A DNA stretch of 46,700 nt, from NCBI GenBank assembly GCA_963519525.1, contig CAUQOI010000001.1:1-46700 (forward strand). Reading direction: 5' to 3'. The stretch comes from an uncultured Campylobacter sp. Its GTDB lineage: Bacteria > Campylobacterota > Campylobacteria > Campylobacterales > Campylobacteraceae. The notes beneath the pieces were generated by a model. The model was given only the letters and a program-made list of their open reading frames with translations, did no database searches and had not been told where the DNA came from. The position numbers and the translations under genes are program-made. The number at the start of each line of letters is the position of its first letter. Position 1 is the first letter of the stretch. Positions 1 through 8,898 of this stretch are shown here, piece by piece.

Positions 1-2078
1 CACTTCACGCACTCGTGAAACGTCCCCTTTTTGAGCTCTTTTTTGATCATATCGCCGCCGCATTCGTCACATTTTTCGGCGACCGGCTCGTAGTTTGAGA
101 CAAAGTCGCATTTTGGGTAGTTTGCGCAGCCGTAAAATTTGCCCCTGCGGCTGATGCGCTCGACGATATCGCCGCCGCATTTTGGACACGGTACGTCGAT
201 CTTTTTGAGCTCTTTTTTCGGCTTTGTCGCCATTTCGCCTTCCTGCGCGCCTTGATCAGTCTTGGCGATATTGCGCGAGTATTTGCACTTAGGGAAATTT
301 CCGCACGCGATAAACTCGCCGTAGCGTCCCTTTCGTAGCAGTAGTTCGCCGCCGCACTCTGGGCACTTTTCGCCGATCGGAGTGGCGACTTTTTGGCTTT
401 TTATGCCTGTTTTGCCGGCTGAGATTTTATCCATAAACGGATGATAAAAATCGCTCAAAAGCTTTTGCCAGTCGGCTTTGTCTTCTGCGATGTGGTCGAG
501 CTTTTCTTCCATATTTGAGGTAAATTCGCTATCTACGATATCGCTAAAATGCTCCTCCAAAACGCCCATCATCGTAAAGGCGATCTCGTTTGGCACGAGC
601 TGCTTTTTCTCGACTTTGACGTAGTCGCGAGAGGTTAGCAACGAGATGGTCGGCGCGTAGGTGCTAGGGCGCCCGATGCCTAGGCTTTCTAGCTTTTTAA
701 CGAGCCCTGCCTCCGAGTAGCGAGATGGCGGTTCGGTGAAGTGCTGCGAGCTTTTGATGCTTTGCAGGCTCATTTCGTCGCCGATTTTTAAGTCGGGCAA
801 AATTTTATCCTTATCCATATCGCCGTAAACGCGGTAAAATCCGTCAAACAGCACCTTGCGGCCGCTTATTTTAAACTCGCCTTTTGCACCCGCGACGAAT
901 ACGTTTTGCGTCTGGCTAATGCTGGCGCTCATCTGGCAGGCTAAAAAGCGGTTGTAGATGAGCGTGTAGAGGCGCAATGCGTCTTTTTCGAGGTACTGCG
1001 CGGCGATAGCGGGCGTGAAGCTAAGATTCGTCGGACGGATCGCCTCGTGGGCTTCTTGCGCGCCTTTGCTCTTGGTAGCGTAAATTTTAGCCTTAGCGGG
1101 CAGGTAGCGTTCGCCGTACTCTTTCTTGATCGTCTCGCGCGCGGCAGCGACAGTTTCTTTGGCGAGATTTAGGCTGTCCGTTCTCATATACGTTATCGCG
1201 CCCATGAAGCCCTGGTGCGTCTGCACGCCCTCATATAAATTTTGGGCGATCATCATCGTTTTTTTTGGGCTAAAGCCTAGGCGGTTGCTCGCGCTTTGTT
1301 GTAGCGTCGAGGTCATAAAAGGCGGCGCGGGCTCGGTTTTACGCTCTTTGGCTTCGATCTCGCGGATGCTAAATTTATCGCTTTTTAGATTTTCTACGAT
1401 AAATTTGGCTCGGTCGCCGTTTGTTATAGTTAGCTTTTCTATCTTTTGCGCTTCAAATTTAACCAGCTCGGCGTCGAGGTCTTTTTTGAAAACCGCGTCG
1501 ATACTGTGGTATTCGATCGGTTTAAAGTCGCGAATCTCGCGCTCGCGGTCTACGATGATTTTTAGAGCGGCGCTTTGCACGCGTCCCGCGCTTAGGCCTT
1601 TTTGGATTTTTAAATTTAACAGCGGCGAGAGCTTGTAGCCAACGATTCGGTCCAGCAGGCGACGCGCTTGCTGTGCGTTTACGCTATCCATATTTATCGT
1701 GCGCGGGTTTTTTAAAGCGGCCTCGATGGCGCTTTTGGTGATCTCGTGAAACACGATGCGAGGCAGGCTCTCGGGCTTTTTGCCGATGGCTGCGGCGATG
1801 TGGTAGGCGATGGCCTCTCCCTCGCGGTCCTCATCGGTCGCGAGGTAGATTTGGTCGGCGTTTTTGGCTAGTTCTTTGATCTCTTTTACGATCGCGGAGT
1901 GATCGGCGCTTATTTTATACTCGGGAGTAAATTTTTCGCCCTCGATCTTGATGCCGAATGCCGTCTTTGGCAGATCCCTGATATGGCCTTTTGATGCGAT
2001 GACGTCGTAGTCTTTACCTAGAAAGTTTTTTATCGTTTTGGCTTTCGCGGGAGATTCCACGATGATTAAGCTTTTCAT
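1..2078 (-). CDS. topA: DNA topoisomerase I (3' end runs off the window)
   Basis: Reverse strand from ATG at 2078 reads MKSLIIVESPAKAKTIKNFLGKDYDVIASKGHIRDLPK; TOPRIM motif ATDEDREGEAIA, ITYMRTDS active site, GIGRPSTYA and C-terminal C4 zinc fingers (CPECGG, CPKCGG, CDECGG). Confidence 0.97.
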   Translation of the reverse strand, partial: MKSLIIVESPAKAKTIKNFLGKDYDVIASKGHIRDLPKTAFGIKIEGEKFTPEYKISADHSAIVKEIKELAKNADQIYLATDEDREGEAIAYHIAAAIGKKPESLPRIVFHEITKSAIEAALKNPRTINMDSVNAQQARRLLDRIVGYKLSPLLNLKIQKGLSAGRVQSAALKIIVDREREIRDFKPIEYHSIDAVFKKDLDAELVKFEAQKIEKLTITNGDRAKFIVENLKSDKFSIREIEAKERKTEPAPPFMTSTLQQSASNRLGFSPKKTMMIAQNLYEGVQTHQGFMGAITYMRTDSLNLAKETVAAARETIKKEYGERYLPAKAKIYATKSKGAQEAHEAIRPTNLSFTPAIAAQYLEKDALRLYTLIYNRFLACQMSASISQTQNVFVAGAKGEFKISGRKVLFDGFYRVYGDMDKDKILPDLKIGDEMSLQSIKSSQHFTEPPSRYSEAGLVKKLESLGIGRPSTYAPTISLLTSRDYVKVEKKQLVPNEIAFTMMGVLEEHFSDIVDSEFTSNMEEKLDHIAEDKADWQKLLSDFYHPFMDKISAGKTGIKSQKVATPIGEKCPECGGELLLRKGRYGEFIACGNFPKCKYSRNIAKTDQGAQEGEMATKPKKELKKIDVPCPKCGGDIVERISRRGKFYGCANYPKCDFVSNYEPVAEKCDECGGDMIKKELKKGTFHECVK

Positions 2079-2107
2079 TAATATAGCCTTTTTATTTTTT
2101 TGCGGTA

Positions 2108-2116
2108 ATTGTAGCA
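2108..2116 (-). promoter_or_regulatory. Putative sigma70 extended -10 (TGCTACAAT) for topA
   Basis: Matches the TGnTAnAAT extended -10 about 30 nt upstream of the topA start. Confidence 0.5.
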
Positions 2117-2162
2117 AAAATTTTGGCCGAAAAAGAAATTTGAAAATTTTTTCATTTACCCC

Positions 2163-2189
2163 TAAAGTTTTTTTGATTTCGTCCGATAT
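2163..2189 (+). promoter_or_regulatory. sigma28 (FliA) promoter of flagellin
   Basis: TAAA-N15-TCCGATAT, matching the sigma28 consensus TAAA-N15-GCCGATAA, about 50 nt upstream of the flagellin ATG. Confidence 0.85.
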
Positions 2190-2237
2190 AGTTTTCGTGC
2201 GACAAGAAGTCGTAACTAAACTTTAAAAGGATTTACA

Positions 2238-3734
2238 ATGAGTTTTCGTATTAACACTAACGTAAACGCACTCAACACACACGCAAACGCAGTCGGTAAC
2301 AACAGAATGTTATCTAACTCTCTTGGCAGATTAAGCTCGGGTTTGAGAATCCAAACAGCAGCGGACGACGCTTCTGGCCTATCGATCGCCGATAGCCTTC
2401 GCTCTCAAGCTTCTGCTCTTGGTCAAGCTATCGCTAACGGTAACGATGCTATCGGTATCATCCAAGTAGCGGATAAGGCTATGGACGAGCAGCTAAAAAT
2501 TCTTGATACTATCAAGGTAAAAGCTACTCAATCTGCTCAAGACGGTCAAACTACCCAGTCTCGTCAAGCGCTTCAGGCAGACATCGTTCGCCTAATGGAA
2601 GAGCTAGACAACATCGGCAATACGACGTCTTTCAACGGTCAGCAGCTACTAAACGGAACATTCTCTAACAAAGAGTTCCAAATCGGCGCTTATTCAAACC
2701 AAACAGTTAAGGCTTCTATCGGCGCTACAACGTCAGATAAGATCGGTCTAACAAGATTTGAGAGCTCAAAACTTTTAACTGGATTTGCTAAAGTTGATCT
2801 TAAGTTCTTAAATGTTGACGGAGTAAACGATGTTAAAGTAGCGCAAGCGACTGTTTCATCTGGTCTTGGTAACGGACTAGGAGCTTTGGCAGAAAATATC
2901 AACAAGGTTTCAGATAAGACCGGCGTTAGGGCTACGTTTGATGTTACTTGGGTAGCATCTAAAGCAATAAGCGGCGGTCTAGTTAAATCTCTTACTATCA
3001 ACGGCGTTAAGATAGGCGACCTTGAAGTAAAAGCAAATGATTCAAACGGTGCTTTGGTAAACGCTATCAATGCCGTGAAAGATCAAACTGGAGTTGAAGC
3101 GTCAGTAAATACCGAAGGTAAAATGGTTTTAACAAGCAGACAAGGTCGTGCTATTGAGATCAAAGGTAAAGATATTAGTGCTGGTCTTGGCGGAAAAGGT
3201 GTTAAGGCGAACGGTTCTTCTTTAACTGCTGGCTTCGTTGGTAGATTAAATTTGGTTCGTCTAGACGGACGCGATATTAAGATGAGCGGTGCACTACTTT
3301 CTAAGGCATTTAGTGATAAAGGCGGTGCGCAACAATCTGTATCATTGAGAGATGTAAGAGGTCAAATAGATAAAAACTTGGCTACCGCTATGGGCTTCCA
3401 AAGAATGAGTAAAAATATAAGCTCTAACCAATCAGCAGGCGTTATGACTCTACGTGGCGCGATGGCTGTTATGGATATCGCTGAGTCAGCTCAAAAAACT
3501 CTTGATCAGATCCGCTCAGACCTAGGTTCTGTTCAAAATCAGCTTGTTGCAACTGTAAACAATATCACGGTTACTCAAGTAAACGTAAAATCAGCTGAAT
3601 CTCAAATCAGAGACGTTGATTTCGCTGCCGAGTCAGCAAACTTCTCTAAGTTTAACATCCTTGCTCAATCAGGAAGTTATGCTATGAGCCAAGCTAACTC
3701 CGTTCAGCAAAATGTCTTGAGACTACTACAGTAG
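2238..3734 (+). CDS. flaA: Flagellin (major, FlaA-type by its sigma28 promoter)
   Basis: [12 protein letters not shown]...RLSSGLRI N-terminus and [11 protein letters not shown]...NVLRLLQ C-terminus; AAGGA RBS. Confidence 0.95.
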   Translation: MSFRINTNVNALNTHANAVGNNRMLSNSLGRLSSGLRIQTAADDASGLSIADSLRSQASALGQAIANGNDAIGIIQVADKAMDEQLKILDTIKVKATQSAQDGQTTQSRQALQADIVRLMEELDNIGNTTSFNGQQLLNGTFSNKEFQIGAYSNQTVKASIGATTSDKIGLTRFESSKLLTGFAKVDLKFLNVDGVNDVKVAQATVSSGLGNGLGALAENINKVSDKTGVRATFDVTWVASKAISGGLVKSLTINGVKIGDLEVKANDSNGALVNAINAVKDQTGVEASVNTEGKMVLTSRQGRAIEIKGKDISAGLGGKGVKANGSSLTAGFVGRLNLVRLDGRDIKMSGALLSKAFSDKGGAQQSVSLRDVRGQIDKNLATAMGFQRMSKNISSNQSAGVMTLRGAMAVMDIAESAQKTLDQIRSDLGSVQNQLVATVNNITVTQVNVKSAESQIRDVDFAAESANFSKFNILAQSGSYAMSQANSVQQNVLRLLQ

Positions 3735-3923
3735 TCGAAAGCATTTCTACGCGAAGCGGGATTTATCCCGCGTAGCTGGAAAAACGTCCTAAGACTACTT
3801 CAGTAGTATTAAACGTTTCTAGTGAAGTAAGGCTATTTTAGGCCTTGCTGAACTACATAAATATCTTGAGATTACTACAGTAGTCGAAAGTATTTCTATG
3901 CGAGGTAGATCTATCTCGCATAG
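3710..3923 (+). repeat. Three-unit tandem array (72 and 77 bp spacing) of flagellin 3'-end hairpin plus variable hairpin
   Basis: AAATGTCTTGAGACTACTACAGTAGTCGAAAGCATTTCTA (3710), AAACGTCCTAAGACTACTTCAGTAGTATTAAACGTTTCTA (3782), AAATATCTTGAGATTACTACAGTAGTCGAAAGTATTTCTA (3859). Confidence 0.9.
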
Positions 3924-3959
3924 TTGTTTTTGGTGAGTGCATTTATAATACGTAAACTA

Positions 3960-3991
3960 AAGTCCTAGATTCGTTTGTTAATCTAGGACTT
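3960..3991. terminator. Inverted repeat, probable terminator between convergent flaA and maf
   Basis: AAGTCCTAGATT-N8-AATCTAGGACTT, a perfect 12-bp stem. Confidence 0.6.
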
Positions 3992-4255
3992 ATTCTGCTT
4001 TTATTATATTCATTTGATTATTTCAAAAAACAACTTGACTGACTTGGTATTTTAAGCGTTTCAAAGAGATAGCCAAAATTGACTACAAAATTTCCTTGCC
4101 TTTCTGGAAATATAATAAAACAAATAAGGACGACACACAGACCGCCGCGCTTCAAAAATCTAAATTTGTACCTGTTTTATATAAAACTCTAGTTTGCTAA
4201 GGAAAGTCGCTGCTAAAAAATATTAATCACAAAGGTTTTAGCCTTTTTTAAAAGC

Positions 4256-6307
4256 CTAAAAAGACAATTTAAAATCTTCTTTAGCTTCCCCTATCTCATT
4301 TTTAGTTATGAGATTTCGTTTTTTTAATTCCCTAACCAAATTTTTAGATGCTTTTTTTGTAACTTCTATTTCGGCATTTAGTCCGCCTGCAGCTGAAAAT
4401 AGCCAGTATTTATGCATTTCTATCCACTCGATCAATTTATTTACTTTTTGCATTACCGTATCGCTTGGAGCTACAGAAATTTTAGCAAGTTCTAGTTCTT
4501 GGTGATAAATAGATATGGACACGATATTTTCAATGAAAGGTTTAAATTTGGCTCTGGAGATAGTTTCTTTTGCTTTATCTATCTTGTTAGAAATTTCAAC
4601 TAATTGTGGGAAAAGTTCCTTGGTTATTTTATTTTCGTCTCTTAGCTTTATAATCTCGTCTATTTTAGGCACGATATCTAAGAATACTGTTTCTATTATT
4701 CGCTTAGCCTCGCTCTCGATACTGAGCTTTTTTACTATAAATTTATATGCTTTTAGTAGATTTTTATCGACATCCTCGTCTTTTGTGGGTTTAATATGCG
4801 GCAGTTTTTTTGGTTTTTTATTTTTGCAAAGCTTTTTTAAAGTTTCTAAAAACGGCTTTTCTATGCTGCCTTCTATTCTTGCGCCGCCCTCGGTGCAGTT
4901 GTATGTCGTTATGTCCTTTTTATTTGATTGTTCGATGTCGGCTTCAAATTGATTTCTAAATTTATCCCAAATATATGTTGTTCGCACTTCGCCCTCACCG
5001 CCGTAAGCTTTTATATAGAGGTATTCGTCTGCTTGAGCAAATGCGTGTCCTGTTGCGTGAGACTTGCCGTCTGGGGCAAAGGCTAGGTCTTGTCCGATCA
5101 AAATGATGTTTTTATGCCCTAATACGTAGGCTAGTTGGTAGGCTTGATTTGCTGTAGAATGTCCAAGCCCTAAGTAGCCGTATTTTCTTAACTTAAACGC
5201 CGTTTCGTTTTGCTGAGGTCTCATAGTGAGAGCTAGACGGCGCGGTAGGATATTTTTTATCGTTTGTTTGTGAGTCAATGAAGCGACTATAAAATAAATA
5301 TCTTCGTCAAATTTTTTATTTTTATGCTTAAAAAAGCTAGACGTCGCCTCTACTCGCTCAATCGAAGTTACATAGTCTGGCTTAATTCCGTGTTTGAATA
5401 GTATCGGATAAGAGGCATCAAGACTGATAACGGTAACATAATGAGCAAATTTTTTGAGCGTACTAAGCTGCTTATCTAGGCTAGGGCCTGTTGAGACTAT
5501 TACTGCCGTATCCATTGATTTATAGCGTTTTTTCACAAGATCTACATACGGATAGTTTTTTATCATCGTCGGCAAATTTTCTATATGCTGCCTAACGCCT
5601 ATTAGATTATCGTCGATGCTGTTGCCGTGACCTGCAACCATTTGAGATATGGCCTTTGTAAATTCTTGATTTATTTTCATGCAATCTTCGCTAAAATCGT
5701 CGTAAAAACGCGAGTGTATATGGAGGTCATAAATTTTAGCGTATGATGCGAATTTGTGATTGCAGATTAGATAGTAAAATTGCGTATATGTTGCAAATTC
5801 TGAGAAAAATAGCGTTAATCGCTCGCTCGCTAGTTCTTGCGACAAATCGACTAAATTTAGCGTTGCGTAAATGATTTCTATTTCAGGTTCGACGACGACG
5901 ATTTTTTGATGGGTTTCGTTTTTTAAGAGCGCTTTATAAAGTATTCCGTTGCCTAGCCCGTAAAAATACATAATGGGATAACGTTTATATTCTTTCTCGA
6001 TGGAGTCTAGCGCTTCTTGCGCATCTTTAACCGGATTATCATAGACGTATTTTAGGGTTTTGTTATTTATGATATTTATATCAATAGGATCTTTACCGAT
6101 AAAAATGTCATAATCCTTCATTTCTTCCATTCCCCAAAGACGAGCGGCTAAAATTTCGTCTTGCTGAAAGAGGGCGTTAAGGTTGCGTTGAAATACCGGA
6201 TTTTGTGGACCCTCGGCGTTTGTCATCTCTTGTTTTTTTGCATCTTGTTTAATGTTTTTTGTGCTTTGATGGTTTAAATTTAACTTTTTATCTATCTCTT
6301 TTGCCAT
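4256..6307 (-). CDS. maf: Motility-associated factor (Maf/DUF115) flagellin glycosyltransferase
   Basis: IVSTGPSLDKQL, GIKPDYV, IILIGQDLAF and YNCTEGGARIEG motifs; lies between pseI and flagellin. Confidence 0.9.
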   Translation of the reverse strand: MAKEIDKKLNLNHQSTKNIKQDAKKQEMTNAEGPQNPVFQRNLNALFQQDEILAARLWGMEEMKDYDIFIGKDPIDINIINNKTLKYVYDNPVKDAQEALDSIEKEYKRYPIMYFYGLGNGILYKALLKNETHQKIVVVEPEIEIIYATLNLVDLSQELASERLTLFFSEFATYTQFYYLICNHKFASYAKIYDLHIHSRFYDDFSEDCMKINQEFTKAISQMVAGHGNSIDDNLIGVRQHIENLPTMIKNYPYVDLVKKRYKSMDTAVIVSTGPSLDKQLSTLKKFAHYVTVISLDASYPILFKHGIKPDYVTSIERVEATSSFFKHKNKKFDEDIYFIVASLTHKQTIKNILPRRLALTMRPQQNETAFKLRKYGYLGLGHSTANQAYQLAYVLGHKNIILIGQDLAFAPDGKSHATGHAFAQADEYLYIKAYGGEGEVRTTYIWDKFRNQFEADIEQSNKKDITTYNCTEGGARIEGSIEKPFLETLKKLCKNKKPKKLPHIKPTKDEDVDKNLLKAYKFIVKKLSIESEAKRIIETVFLDIVPKIDEIIKLRDENKITKELFPQLVEISNKIDKAKETISRAKFKPFIENIVSISIYHQELELAKISVAPSDTVMQKVNKLIEWIEMHKYWLFSAAGGLNAEIEVTKKASKNLVRELKKRNLITKNEIGEAKEDFKLSF

Positions 6308-6319
6308 TTTCTTTCCTTT

Positions 6320-7348
6320 TTATAGATCTTCTTTTTTGATTCTTTCGCTAAATTTTATCTCTCTTTTTGCTTTTTTACCTAGTAATTCGGGTAAAAATTT
6401 AGGGTGCAAGCCGTATCCGGGGCGTACGCTTTTTACGTTTTTTTCGCTAAAAATTTCGCCCTCTTTGATATCCGTGCAAGCGTAAAGCGAGCGGGAAAAG
6501 CGGCGATTTTGCACGGCTTTTTCGTCTAGTTCGTAGTTTACTTTGCCAAGCAGAGCTTCGGCGTCTCGCACGGCTTTTACCATTTGGCTAAATTCCCGCT
6601 CGTCCAAGCTAAAAGCCTCATCGACGCTGCGAACGCTTTTATCTAAGATAAAGTGTTTTTCTACGATACGAGCGCCCAGACTCACGGCCACTACTGGCGC
6701 CACGATACCCAGGGTATGGTCTGAAAAGCCGACCTCTACGTCAAATTTTCGTTTCATATCGGCGATCGTACGTAGATTCATCCCGTCAAGCGGGGCGGGG
6801 TAGCTAGACGTGCATTTTAAAAGCGCGATCTGTTCGTTTCCCGCATCTTTGCAAATTTGCACGACGCCCTGGATCTCTTGCTCGGTCGCGATGCCCGTGG
6901 AGATTATGATCGGTTTGCCCTTGAGCGCGACGTACCGCACGAAATCATAGTCTGTGACCTCAAAACTTGCTATCTTGTAAGCAGGCGGGTTAAATTTCTC
7001 TAAAAAGTCCGCGTCGTCTCTGCAAAATGGGCTTGAAAAGCAGATGAGTCCTTCGTCCTTTGCCGCGGCAAAAAGCTGCTCATGCCACTCGCGCGGCGTC
7101 AGAGCTTGTTTGTAGAGCTCATATAAATTCGCTCCGTCCCACAGTCCGCCTTTTATCATGAAATCCTCGCTACGCGAATCTAACGTGAGGCTATCTGGCG
7201 TGTATGTTTGCAGTTTTATGGCGTCGGCTCCCGCGCGCTTAGCTGCTTTTATCGTGTCAAGCGCCGTTTGCAGGCTGCCCGAGTGATTTGCCGAGAGCTC
7301 GGCGATGATAAAGACCTTTTCGTTTGTGTCGAAATTTGCTATTTTCAT
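6320..7348 (-). CDS. pseI: Pseudaminic acid synthase
   Basis: IIAELSANHSG, KIASFE, GFSDHTLG, IVEKHF, C-terminal SAF domain; pse operon context. Confidence 0.95.
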   Translation of the reverse strand: MKIANFDTNEKVFIIAELSANHSGSLQTALDTIKAAKRAGADAIKLQTYTPDSLTLDSRSEDFMIKGGLWDGANLYELYKQALTPREWHEQLFAAAKDEGLICFSSPFCRDDADFLEKFNPPAYKIASFEVTDYDFVRYVALKGKPIIISTGIATEQEIQGVVQICKDAGNEQIALLKCTSSYPAPLDGMNLRTIADMKRKFDVEVGFSDHTLGIVAPVVAVSLGARIVEKHFILDKSVRSVDEAFSLDEREFSQMVKAVRDAEALLGKVNYELDEKAVQNRRFSRSLYACTDIKEGEIFSEKNVKSVRPGYGLHPKFLPELLGKKAKREIKFSERIKKEDL

Positions 7349-7356
7349 AAATTTTC

Positions 7357-7833
7357 CTAACTTTTAGCCATTATATCAAGTTTGCGTAAAGATAGCGACA
7401 TATAGCTCATTTGCCAGTCGCGCCCGTAAATTTCAAAGCCGAATTTACGGTATAGCGCGATCGCTTTTTCATTTTCGTTGCAGGCGCACGATTTTAGCTC
7501 GCCGACTTTAAGCGTTTTGGCGGCGTATTCTACGATGGTTTGCATTAGGATTTTGCCTTTGCCTTTTAGCTGGGGATTTGCGTAAATGCCAAATTTGCAC
7601 GAGTCCGCCGCGATATTCACGAAATCGATCACGCCGATATAGTCGCTATCCTCTTTTACTAAAAAATATCTTTTTGTTTCGTCGTTTTTTAAATTTGAGA
7701 TAAAGTTTCTGTGCTCTTGCTCGCTCACGCTTTTGTTTTTCATGTATTTTGCGACTCGCTCGTCGTTTCGCCAACGCAAAATCATCAAAATTTGCTCGTC
7801 CGTTAGATCGGTGAAATTTATAAGTTCAAGCAT
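7357..7833 (-). CDS. pseH: UDP-4-amino-4,6-dideoxy-N-acetyl-beta-L-altrosamine N-acetyltransferase (GNAT)
   Basis: MLELINFTDL...LRWRNDERV...NEKAIALYRKFGF; start taken at ATG 7833, overlapping the pseG end. Confidence 0.9.
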   Translation of the reverse strand: MLELINFTDLTDEQILMILRWRNDERVAKYMKNKSVSEQEHRNFISNLKNDETKRYFLVKEDSDYIGVIDFVNIAADSCKFGIYANPQLKGKGKILMQTIVEYAAKTLKVGELKSCACNENEKAIALYRKFGFEIYGRDWQMSYMSLSLRKLDIMAKS

Positions 7834-8678
7834 ATTTCGTCCGCCTCGTAGATCTCGCGCCCGTTTGCCGCTAGCCACTGCGCCGTCTCGTTTTGATTAT
7901 CCGATACGCGCACGGCTTTAAATCTCGCGCCCAAAACCAGCGCTTCGTTTACGAGCGAGCTAGCCGAAATCACTAAAATTTCGCTCTCGTTCATCAGTCG
8001 CGCAACCTCGTTTGAATTTATAAAAAGGCTAAAATTCGGCTCGCTATCCGCCAAATTTTGCAAATTTGCTAAATTTGCGTTCGCGCTCGTCGTGATAGCG
8101 GCTACTTTTTTGTTTTTGGCGAGCAAATTTGAGGCGATTTGTGCGGTCAAATTTAGCGCGTCAGTGCCGCCTAGCGCGATGAGGTAATTAAATTTTTTCT
8201 CGCGTTTGATTTTTGCTTCGCCATAAAACTCGCTCCTAACTAGCGGCGAAAAAACCAGCTCACAGTTTGCCGGCACTAGATTTACGTATTTTTGGGGCTG
8301 GGCGTAGATATTTACGTTTAACAAGTAGTCGCAAAAATGCTCTTTGTAGTTGTCGTCAAAGCTTAAAATTTTGATGTTCGTTTGCTCTTTGATTAGCTTT
8401 TCGTCCGCTGCGCTAATGCCGTAATGATCGATTATAAGAAGCTCAAATTTATGCTCTTTTATCAAATTTACCAGTTCGTTTACATCCGCACTTTTTAGCG
8501 TAAAAACGGGGTATGGTATCTCGCCTGCTAGGCTGCCGGGCAGGTCGATACAAGCAAAGCTAACGTCTTTAAAATTTTGCGCCAAGATGAGGTCGCGCCT
8601 AACGTGACCGTGCCCGATTTTTGAGCCGCTATCGGCGCGGATGAGGGTTTTTAGATTTGAGATTTTGTTAAAATTCAT
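7818..8678 (-). CDS. pseG: UDP-2,4-diacetamido-2,4,6-trideoxy-beta-L-altropyranose hydrolase
   Basis: LIRADSGSKIGHGHVRR, IIDHY, ALGGTD motifs. Confidence 0.92.
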   Translation of the reverse strand: MNFNKISNLKTLIRADSGSKIGHGHVRRDLILAQNFKDVSFACIDLPGSLAGEIPYPVFTLKSADVNELVNLIKEHKFELLIIDHYGISAADEKLIKEQTNIKILSFDDNYKEHFCDYLLNVNIYAQPQKYVNLVPANCELVFSPLVRSEFYGEAKIKREKKFNYLIALGGTDALNLTAQIASNLLAKNKKVAAITTSANANLANLQNLADSEPNFSLFINSNEVARLMNESEILVISASSLVNEALVLGARFKAVRVSDNQNETAQWLAANGREIYEADEICLNL

Positions 8679-8892
8679 CGAGTTTTTCCGCCAAATTTAA
8701 AATCCTAAGCGTCAAACAGACGGCGGCGATGAGGTAAACGGCGCCCGCCGAGGCGAAAAACAGAATCTGAACCTCGTTTAAGCCGCGGTAGCTAGCCGCC
8801 AGATAAAATATGTGCAAGATCCCCGCAACCGCAAAGATCTGCATGAGCGTTCTAGCTACCGATATTTTGGCTTTTAGGTAATCTTTTTGCAT
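8668..8892 (-). CDS. Small two-TM hypothetical membrane protein inside the pse operon
   Basis: 74 aa with two hydrophobic stretches; AGGA RBS; fills the pseF-pseG gap and overlaps the pseG start. Confidence 0.7.
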   Translation of the reverse strand: MQKDYLKAKISVARTLMQIFAVAGILHIFYLAASYRGLNEVQILFFASAGAVYLIAAVCLTLRILNLAEKLDEF

Positions 8893-8898
8893 TTTTCC

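Noticed and set aside
1126..1638. 170-aa plus-strand ORF and the many similar antisense ORFs (e.g. 22359-23081, 11142-11705, 34260-34727)
   Set aside because: They are shadows on the opposite strand of well-supported genes and have no RBS or motifs.
3710..3923. CRISPR array
   Set aside because: The repeats are degenerate and derived from coding sequence, the spacers are themselves palindromic, and there are no cas genes or leader. Kept as an unexplained array instead.
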